From Candidatus Muiribacterium halophilum (lineage in GTDB: Bacteria; Muiribacteriota; Muiribacteriia; Muiribacteriales; Muiribacteriaceae): DNA of 64,000 bases. The position numbers were made by a program, and so were the translations under genes. Shown here in pieces: positions 1 through 8,600 of the stretch; position 1 is the stretch's first letter; every line of letters starts with the position of its first letter. The notes under the pieces are model-generated. The model was given only the letters and a program-made list of their open reading frames with translations, made no database searches and had not been told where the DNA came from. Location: positions 5,097-69,096 of the forward strand of contig PKTG01000064.1 of NCBI GenBank assembly GCA_002869225.1. Reading direction: 5' to 3'.

Positions 1-18
1 ATTCTACGGTTCCCTGTT

Positions 19-207
19 CTAAATCAGTTTAGCAACTCTGTTGCCGTTGACAAACTCCGTTTGTATATTCAACTTGCGTTGAAATGCTCAGCTTTGCTGA
101 GTGTCTCGGACTTTATTTTAATCTAACCTAAACACTTTCCTTAGGAAAGCATATGAGCTTTAGCTCATCATTTTTTTCGAAGAAAAAATATTTTGGCTTT
201 AGCCAAA
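19..207. other. tract of nine consecutive, sequence-unrelated mini-hairpins (5-7 bp perfect stems, 3-4 nt loops); function unknown
   Basis: Perfect short inverted repeats read directly at 19-32, 32-44, 50-64, 68-83, 87-101, 135-149, 153-168, 172-188 and 192-207. Three apices share GC-TTT(A)-GC. The only ORF here (153..518 +) is low-complexity and antisense to a real gene. Confidence 0.5.
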
Positions 208-229
208 TAACCGGTATCGACTCAGTTTT

Positions 230-292
230 ACCCATCACGCTTCACGCTTTACGTTGCTATTCACTATTCACCACTCACATCTCACTATTCAC
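230..292. repeat. in-phase degenerate heptamer tandem array (9 units)
   Basis: The minus strand reads GTGAATA GTGAGAT GTGAGTG GTGAATA GTGAATA GCAACGT AAAGCGT GAAGCGT GATGGGT. The same two word types (GTGARTR and GTRAAGC) recur at 2324, 22731, 43623 and 60004. The array overlaps the last 6 codons and the stop of the DUF4126 gene. Confidence 0.8.
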
Positions 293-778
293 TGCTTTTT
301 TAGAAAATATCTTCTTCAGAAGTTTGAAAAATATCTTTATTATTAAAAATCCCAGTATTATCATTAATATTATAACACCAAAAGCAACAAGAGGATATTT
401 TGCGATCAGAAAAATCAAAAAGGCTACGATTCCATCTTCAGCTACACTTGCAATAGAGTTTGACACAGGTTCTGGTGATGTATTTATAGCCATTCTCGAG
501 GAAGCTTTCGCAAGATGAGATTCAAGTGCAACTCCACCTGCAAGAACGGTTGCAGCCAGCTGCCATACCTGAGACTGATCCTGCATACCGTAATACGATA
601 TTGCTGCAGCACCAATCGGTCTTATAAAAGTATGAACTGAATCCCAAATCGAATCAACAGCCGGCACTTTGTCTGCTACAAACTCAATTAAATATGCAAC
701 TATTGCAGCAATGATTATTGGTGTCTTTCCAAGCATTGTCAGATCACCTGGCAGCTGAAAAACATTAAATCTTTGCAT
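275..778 (-). CDS. DUF4126-family integral membrane protein (start uncertain, probably upstream of 778)
   Basis: Multi-TM protein with the motif EFVADKVPAVDSIWDSVHTFIRP typical of DUF4126. The open frame continues upstream to 907 and encodes a first TM helix (IIGSAFSSGINLYLTVALLGL), but it has no ATG/GTG/TTG there. Confidence 0.6.
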   Translation of the reverse strand: MQRFNVFQLPGDLTMLGKTPIIIAAIVAYLIEFVADKVPAVDSIWDSVHTFIRPIGAAAISYYGMQDQSQVWQLAATVLAGGVALESHLAKASSRMAINTSPEPVSNSIASVAEDGIVAFLIFLIAKYPLVAFGVIILMIILGFLIIKIFFKLLKKIFSKKAVNSEM

Positions 779-837
779 AAGACCAAGAAGTGCAACAGTA
801 AGATAAAGGTTTATTCCACTGCTAAAAGCACTTCCGA

Positions 838-1071
838 TTATTGTGTTAAAAAGCTGAACTGGTATAATTGTGTAAAGAAATCCAGAACATTCCCAAGAGT
901 TGAAGATTCACCTTTATAAAATTCAGTAAACTTACATCTTGTACAGGTAATCGTAGTAAATTTTTTGTTCTGAACATCAAATATTCTGGCAAAAGCACCA
1001 CCAGTTGCTCTCATCTGATCCTGTTTAAACTCTGTATTTCCACATTTCATACATTCCCATTTATGTTCCAT
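838..1071 (-). CDS. small Zn-ribbon protein (DUF2082 / zinc_ribbon_13-like)
   Basis: CxxC...CxxC (CMKCGN ... CTRCKF) with GGAFARIFDVQNKKFTTITC and the tail STLGNVLDFF, characteristic of this small family. Confidence 0.6.
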   Translation of the reverse strand: MEHKWECMKCGNTEFKQDQMRATGGAFARIFDVQNKKFTTITCTRCKFTEFYKGESSTLGNVLDFFTQLYQFSFLTQ

Positions 1072-1177
1072 TTCAGACTCCTTTTATATATTTTTTTCTG
1101 TTACTTTTTAATTCTTATATTACTACTGAATATAAAATTCTTCTATTATTCTATATTATTTTATTTTATGATCTTTT

Positions 1178-1624
1178 TCATTTAGAAAATATTCCTGCAA
1201 CTAAAATATATCGAGCCAATTTCCCAATCGAGACAAGAAACGAAAAAAGGAATATATTTGTTTTTGCTATTCCTGAGACAATAGTTATAGGATCACCAAT
1301 AACGGGAACCCAGGCAAAAAGGAGTGAAAATACACCGTATTTATTAAAAACATTTGAACTTCTTTGTAGTTCTTTATCAGATACTTTCAGAAACCTCTTT
1401 ACTATTATCGTCCCACCCCATTTACCAAGTGCATAATTTGTCAACGAACCAAGGACATTACCTAAAGTTGCTATAAAGACAAGATAATAAGGATTCCAAC
1501 CTTTAAGTAAAAGACCAGCAAGGACGATCTCGGAACTGAAAGGAAGAATGGTCGCGGCAAGAAACGAGGATATAAAGAGTCCAAGGTATCCTAAAGACAC
1601 AAGATCTATCATGTTATTAACCAA
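1178..1624 (-). CDS. yqaA: YqaA/DedA-type (SNARE-associated) membrane protein
   Basis: 148 aa, 4 TM. LPFSSEIVLAGLL ... GNVLGSLTNYALGKWG ... VPVIGDPITIVSG matches the YqaA family pattern. Confidence 0.7.
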   Translation of the reverse strand: MVNNMIDLVSLGYLGLFISSFLAATILPFSSEIVLAGLLLKGWNPYYLVFIATLGNVLGSLTNYALGKWGGTIIVKRFLKVSDKELQRSSNVFNKYGVFSLLFAWVPVIGDPITIVSGIAKTNIFLFSFLVSIGKLARYILVAGIFSK

Positions 1625-1627
1625 ATA

Positions 1628-2191
1628 TTATTTTTTATATACCGCTACATATAGTGCATCGAATTCATGATTATTTATTCGAGAAAAACCTGCTTTTATT
1701 GCTAATTCGTCTAGTTCTTCTTTTGATATACGATGTTTTATAGAAGGTCCTTTTCCTGTTTCTTCCTTCTTCCATTCAACAATAGTTATAGTTCCATTAT
1801 CTCTTAATATATCATTAAGATTCTTTAAATACATTATTTGATCGTTAATCTCATGTAATACCATTGACATAAGTATTTTATCAACTGATTTAGAAGGCAG
1901 AAGAATCTCATTTGGTGTTGTCTCCATAAGAAGAAGATTATGTGGATCTCCTGTCTTTTTTTCAATCTCTGTAAGCATCTCATCAGAAATATCTGCAGCT
2001 ATTACCCTGCCGTTTTCACCAACTGTATCAAGTGCTGGTATACTAAAATAACCCGTACCTGCTCCTACATCCAAAAATACATCTCCTTTTTTTAGCTCGA
2101 TGATACCAAGTATTTTTTCAGGAGGCATATTTTTTCTGCGTTCCGGGTTATCTAATCTGTGTTTATTTGAAGGGTTGAAGACTTTATTCAT
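1628..2191 (-). CDS. class I SAM-dependent methyltransferase
   Basis: Motif I is VFLDVGAGTGYFSIPA, with the acidic post-I residue AADISDEM. Size is typical of Methyltransf_11/25 proteins. Confidence 0.8.
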   Translation of the reverse strand: MNKVFNPSNKHRLDNPERRKNMPPEKILGIIELKKGDVFLDVGAGTGYFSIPALDTVGENGRVIAADISDEMLTEIEKKTGDPHNLLLMETTPNEILLPSKSVDKILMSMVLHEINDQIMYLKNLNDILRDNGTITIVEWKKEETGKGPSIKHRISKEELDELAIKAGFSRINNHEFDALYVAVYKK

Positions 2192-2323
2192 ACGTTAACT
2201 TTATTAGGTAAATCATTTTACTGTCAACAGTTTTTTATGCTTTTACCACTAAACAAAAACAATTATTTTTTAAAATTATTAGTTATTAATATAATTTCAA
2301 ATCAAAATTTAACATAAATATTA

Positions 2324-2428
2324 GTGAATTGTGAGAAGTGAGAAGTGAATAGTAAATATTTTATCGTGAAGCGTAAAGGGTAATGCGAAACGAAGAAGAA
2401 GCACGAATAATCAAGAAAAAGCACGATG
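2324..2428. repeat. in-phase degenerate heptamer tandem array (clear units 2324-2386, periodicity decaying to 2428)
   Basis: GTGAATT GTGAGAA GTGAGAA GTGAATA GTAAATA TTTTATC GTGAAGC GTAAAGG GTAATGC ..., an inverted copy of the array at 230-292. Confidence 0.8.
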
Positions 2429-2460
2429 GGTCGATAAAAACAGATGTTTCAAAAAATTGA

Positions 2461-2622
2461 AACCTTTAAAATAGTTTGAGACAAATTGAAAGTTGTTATG
2501 AATTTTAAGTTTAGTTAGCCGAAACATGACGCAGGACTAGCACCGCTAATTCAAGAAAAGTTGAGACTTAATAAGCTTAAAAGTCGAGCAAATTTCTTTT
2601 GGATTAAGCTGTTTTAAAGGTT
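2461..2622. repeat. 162-bp element closed by an 11-bp perfect terminal inverted repeat (copy 1 of 2); MITE-like element or structured RNA
   Basis: AACCTTTAAAA (2461-2471) pairs with TTTTAAAGGTT (2612-2622). The element is colinear with 24666-24825: shared blocks TTATGAA, CTAGC, TCAAG and AAGTT(T)GAG lie at nearly identical offsets. It starts 7 nt after the stop of the giant protease gene. Confidence 0.6.
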
Positions 2623-2628
2623 ACCTAG

Positions 2629-5600
2629 TTATCTTATTACTGCGAATTTTCCTTCTACCTCATGATGATCTGACCCGGACTCTACTTTCACCTTATAGAA
2701 ATAGACTCCATTTGCTACATACCTACCTCTTTTATCAGCAAGATCCCATATCATCGACTGATTAACTCCAGCTGCAGTAGTCCTTGCCCTATATATAAGT
2801 CTTCCAGATACATCATATATCTTCAGACTGACTCTGGAACCGGCAGGTGCGGTAAACCTTATTTCTGCAAAAGATGATGCCGGATTAGGATAAACTGCCA
2901 TTCCTGTAATAAGAGAAGCTGGTGCTATTCTAACTGTTGTCGATCTTTTGAGTTCATTACCCGCAAGATCCACTGCTTTGAAATCTATCTGATGGATACC
3001 AACTGGAAGTGCAAGTCTTCCTTTATGTGGTACTTGTGAAAATTCTTGTCCATCTATCTGAGCAAATACATCTTTAATACTACTTTGATCATCAGCATAT
3101 TCATAAAAGATATTATTACCATCTATTTCCCATCTTTTTTCAATTGGTTTTCCAGTATATCTTGCAACTACATATCTTCCGCTATTTCGTATTTTAAAAC
3201 TTCCATCATAAGATGCAACTGGTGATATAAGCTTATTATCTCTAAGTTTAAATAAAACCGCATTACTATGATCATTCCTTAGCATCACTGGAGAAGTAAG
3301 TTTCTGATTTATTGCAAGATCAAACACCTTATCCACTCTCAGCTGTTTGTTATTTTCTTTAAATGATGCCTCGGATATCACTGCAAATCCATCCTTAACT
3401 ACAGAACCTTTTTTAAATAACATCTGACCCGCGAGAGTATTTACAGCTTTGTCTTTTACTGGTGAAAGTAAAATTGTATTTATTTCCTTTGATACCATCT
3501 GAAGTCTTACTTCATTTGAATCATATATTCCAGCCGTGATTATCGGTGTACCGTCAGATTCTATAGAATAAACTCCACTATATAAATCTGATGTCTTTTT
3601 AAGAGCTCTAATCCTTTCAGGTGTTCCCTGAAACTCTATAGCTTCAAATTTAAGCGTAAGTCCAGTTGAGAGTGGATGTGAAAGTTTAGATACCATAGTA
3701 ATGGTCTTACTATCAGCTGGATTAAGAAAAACTGATAATCCAATACCATAACCAAGATCAAGTACTTTTGTTATTGTATCAACTACATTTCCTCTTTCAT
3801 CACGAACGTTTGATATACTAAGTGTATTTGATGAACTTCCTACAAATTTTTCATAAGGTACATCCACCTTTGCTTCTATTATACCAACTTCAGGATCACT
3901 TGTTGTTGGAAAAGCAAGATTTTTATACGAAACAATACTTGCCTTGACTCCGTTTACATAAACAGCAGGACTTGGATAAAATACATCCATAGTAACATTA
4001 AACGGGATCTTAAGATATATTTCCCAGTTTCCATTTCCATCTGCTTCTATTGACGATACAAGATTATTTATATCAAGTTCAGCGTTTTCAGTTGATACAT
4101 ATAATGAGTTTGTATACTTTTCATCTATTGTCTGAGTGAAAAGATTTATATCATCGATAACTGTCAATTGGAATTGTTTGTTATAAGCAGTATCAGTTGT
4201 TGGAGCATCTAGTACAAAGGAGAACTTGAGAGTCCCATTTTCTTTGACTGAGCTTCCAAAAGTAAGATAAACATAATGATTTAATTCGTCATAATCCAAA
4301 AGTACTTCATTCGCTGCAGGGAAACCTACTGTTATGACATCATAGGAATCTCCAGCAACAGATACTTCAGATGAACCAAAATCTGTATTATTATCAAATT
4401 CTGTTGGGATTTGAAGTCTCAACTTCTTTAATCCTTCATCATTTGAATTAAATTGCATATCAACTGAAACTTCAAATTCCTGATCAGCAGAATTTTTTAG
4501 CATGTAATTTGGAGTTATATAACCTCCTGCTACCGAGATCGCAGCTTTTGAATCTATCTGTAGAGAAAGCGTGGAATTAGTAGCTCCTGCATTACCTTCA
4601 GTTGCTTTTATCTGTCTATCATTTAAAGAATCGGATACATATACTTCAACTTCATTTGTAGTATAAACAGATTTTGAAGATGTATCAGCTGTAAATGCCA
4701 TTATTATCTTATGATTTGGTGCATCAGCAAATACAACTTTGCTGTTTAACAGGAAGGTATATGAGTTTCCACTGACAGAAGTAGTATAATCTGTCGTTGG
4801 TAATATTCCACCTTTAGCGGATAGTGAAGTAATTTCTATATCTGATAGATTTCCAGGTAATTTCACATTTACTTTATCAACACCAGATGAATAATCAAGA
4901 ATTGTTGGTAATATTGTTAGTGTAAACGCCTGATCATCTTTATTTATATAGGTTGTATCAGGATATATCTCGGCAACGGCCTGAGTAGCCGGGGTCGTAA
5001 CACAAGTTACAGTATAACTTTCTGAATCAGCTTCAGAACTTGCCTCACCCTGCTGAGAAGATACTGCAAAATCAAGATTATCAGTAAGCCAATATGCAGC
5101 AGCTTCTTCAAAATGATAATCAGCATACGAAGTAAAATCGACACCAGTATCTGTTGAGGTCGGTGCATTTATCTCCATACTTACCTTTAATGTACTATCA
5201 GCACTTACTGGGGTATCAAGTGATACATAAAGAACATCACTTTCCTCTCTGTAATCAGCAGAAAGTTCTACCTGACCATCATATACCTTTACATTTTGAA
5301 TATTTGAATATGTTGAAGGTATATTTATTGCAAGTAGATTTATGCCACGATTACCCGATGCAAAATCGAGTTTCATATAATAATCAAGAATATTTCCTGT
5401 AGAGTTTACCATGACAAGATTCTCATTATCTCCAGTAAATGATCCGTTAGAACTCTTTATATTAAGTTCGGATACTACAGAAGATACTGAATTTGCAGCG
5501 ATTATATTCATTCCGTTAAAGACTGATGGATTACCGCTTACGTCTCCAGGAGTCGCTTTTTGACTGACAACATCATTTGCAGGAGCTACAGTGTATGCAT

Positions 5601-8600
5601 ATACTTCAAAAGTACCACCACCAGGTGCGTCCTGAACAGTTGGAGTATCTGCTTTGAAAGTTATCTTTACAATATTTCCTGTTGTTGTATCCTTCAAAAC
5701 AGTTCCAAATTTAAGATCAAAATAGTTATTCTGTGTCTGATAATCAATATATACCATGTTTCCAATAGGATTAGTATTAGATGAAATCGAATAATCAGTT
5801 GTATCAACCTCGACCTTAGCACCATCGGCTGATGTGAGTTTTATATCCGAATATGATGTTGGATATACTACCCTTAGGTATTTAACACCTGAATTGTTAG
5901 TGTTGAAATCCAGTTTTGTTGAAATAACAATTTGCTGACCATCTACCGAAGGTCTTACATGAGCAGGATGTATCTCGGCTGTACTAGCCAATGCAGGTGT
6001 CTTAACGACCTCTATGTCCATTGTCTGTGTAGGATGATCTGCAACATATGTATTTCCAGGTGTGAAACTCTGTTTTATATCCGTAGATATCTCACTGTTT
6101 GCAGAATACATCGTAAATGTATATGTATCCTCTGTTGTTGGTGCATCGAATTCAAAAGTCAACACAACCTTTTTATTGACAGGCCAATCAACATCAATAA
6201 GTCTTCCAAATTCAACCTCGAGAGTACCACCTGAAGAAGCTGTCTGAGGTGAATATGTCAATCTAACCTCTTCTGTATCCGGTGCTGCTGAAACAGTTGT
6301 AAATGATATTTCTCCTATTACTAAAGTAGCTGTTGTAGTATCAATATTACTAATTTCATCCGGTATACCAATATAAAGCCTGTCAAAACCAAAGTTTCCA
6401 GTCTGAATAACAGGCGCTGCTGTAATGTAAGCTTTATTATCGGTGGAGCCATAGACAACTGAGTTTGCTTTCTCAACAGCAGGTGGTACATAAAGCTCAC
6501 AAAGTGAAACAGCACTTATTCTACCTGTAGTAACGGTATTATCATCTCCATTTCCTGAAACTCCATCCTGATCTGAATCAACACCTAATTGTGGTGATGT
6601 AGATACTGAATTATCAACATATGCCTTAAAAAGAAGGCCATTATCAAGATTAGAAGGAGGATCGACCATAAACTCGACCCTAAAATCTCTATCTGAATCA
6701 TAAGTTGTACCTGTAAGCAGACTTATTATATTCTCATTTGTATCAATTGACACTTTATATTGACCAGCTGACGGTGTTGAATTTGAAATTACCTGAAGAG
6801 CACTATTTACATAAAGTGCTATCTCATTTGTTTCTGAAAGTACTTTATATGTTGAAGGAAGTTCTATTTTTATTGTATTCACTCCACTATTTGTAGAGCT
6901 GTCAATATCCGCATTAATATAATATTTCAGTTTTGCTGATTCACTTGCTACGACTTTATGTGGTGATATCTCTGAATAGACATTATTAGCTGGTTTCTGG
7001 ATCTTAATCTTCAATGAATCTGTAAGGATCGTAGGATTGTTTGACGGATCCGTATCAGCGTCACCAGCACTGGCTGCAAGTTCACCACCTATATCAGTAT
7101 TTTTTATAAGTGTAGTTATCTCTTCTCCACTTGAGTTTGTATCAGCAGCATCAAGCTTAAATTTCACAGTTATGAGTTTATCGTGATAACTAGTATCTAT
7201 AAGATCACCAAAAGTTAGCTCTGCATATATTGAATTATCATTCTCAACAGCATCAGCAACAAGGACTTCTCCAGCAGAAGGTGCACCTGAAGTCCTTGTA
7301 GCAAGAGTTCCTGTTCCCTCAATCTCTACAGTTGCTCCCTGGAAATTAGAGAAGTTAGTGCCAAAATTAAGATAGATCTTATCCAAACCAAAATTATCTG
7401 AATTTATGTAAGGTTTTAAGGTCATTGTGAATTCAGTAGTCGAATTTCCTGATACAATAAACGGATAGACTTCAGCAGTCATCTGTTCCATGATCTTTCC
7501 TGTCTTAACAGTTAAGACATCAGAATCTCCGCTTGTTCCGTTTGCATCACCAGTTGTGAAATTAACCGGGATGTTTATAGCAGAATTATCCATCGACCCG
7601 GTTATAACTTCGCCTCCACTACCAATGTCAGCAACAGCGGGGGCCTGCATCACATATTTTAAAAGAAAACTTACGTTTCCAGTGTAAACATTTGAGAAAG
7701 TCAATGTTGAAGTATATCCTGATACATCTATTGAATATTGATTGTCATCCACTTCTACTGAGTTTACAAATATCTGCCATTCAGATGTATCCTGTGGAAA
7801 ATAATCATCTGGTAAAGTAAAGGATAATGTATCTACACCGATACTATTTGAATCAGAATACAGAAGTGCATAAAGACTTACTTCAGAGGTTGAGTTGACA
7901 GCATATTGTGTCGGTAAAATCTCAGCGGTCACAGAGTTAACAAGATTAGCAACCGTAACGGAACCATCGTTATCATTTTCTGAATTTCCATCAGCATTTC
8001 CCTCTGTAAGATCTGCTGCTGTCGAAGCTGTATTATATACACTATGTTTTAATATAACATCTATTGTTATATCATCTCCGGATGAACCTGAGACCTGCGC
8101 ATCGTAAACAAATTTGACCTGTTCTCCTGTTATATCATCATCAAGGACTTTACCAATTTTGACCTCGATAGTATCACCCGTGACTGATGCGGTAAACTCA
8201 TCTCCGGATGGAGATGCATCTAATGTGTACTCAGAATTATTCACATAAAACTTTGCAGCTGAAAAATCATGACCAGACATATTTGCAGCATGAAGATATA
8301 TTCTGTCAAATCCTGCATCTGTTGACGAACCAAAATCAGGTATCATCGTAAAAGTAAAAGTAGTATCGTATGCCGGAATTGTCCTTTGAGGCTGAATCTC
8401 ATATACCGCATTTGAAACAACCGTTGCATCGTTTTCAGACATTAGCGGTGCTGCATATACCAGTTTTGATGTCTTACCATCTGTTGTCGTATATCTTAAA
8501 GCAAACGTATAATTATTAGTTGTTGAACCCACGATGTTTACCTCAGCTGATGGTGCCGCTCCAACCTCAGCTTTTGTCCACGAAATTAGCGTTGCTGATG

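Noticed and set aside
1-135. Possible 5' part of RNase P RNA on the minus strand (AAAGUCCGAG... and GCAACAGAGUUGCUAAAC resemble the P4 and ACAGARA regions).
   Set aside because: The invariant GAGGAAAGUCC context is not present (the sequence reads AAUAAAGUCC). The ACAGAG stretch is simply one of the mini-hairpins, and the 5' side does not form P1-P3. The resemblance is too weak without an Infernal scan.
153-518. 121-aa plus-strand ORF at the left edge.
   Set aside because: It is antisense to the DUF4126 membrane protein and runs through the hairpin and heptamer tracts. It is low complexity with no SD.
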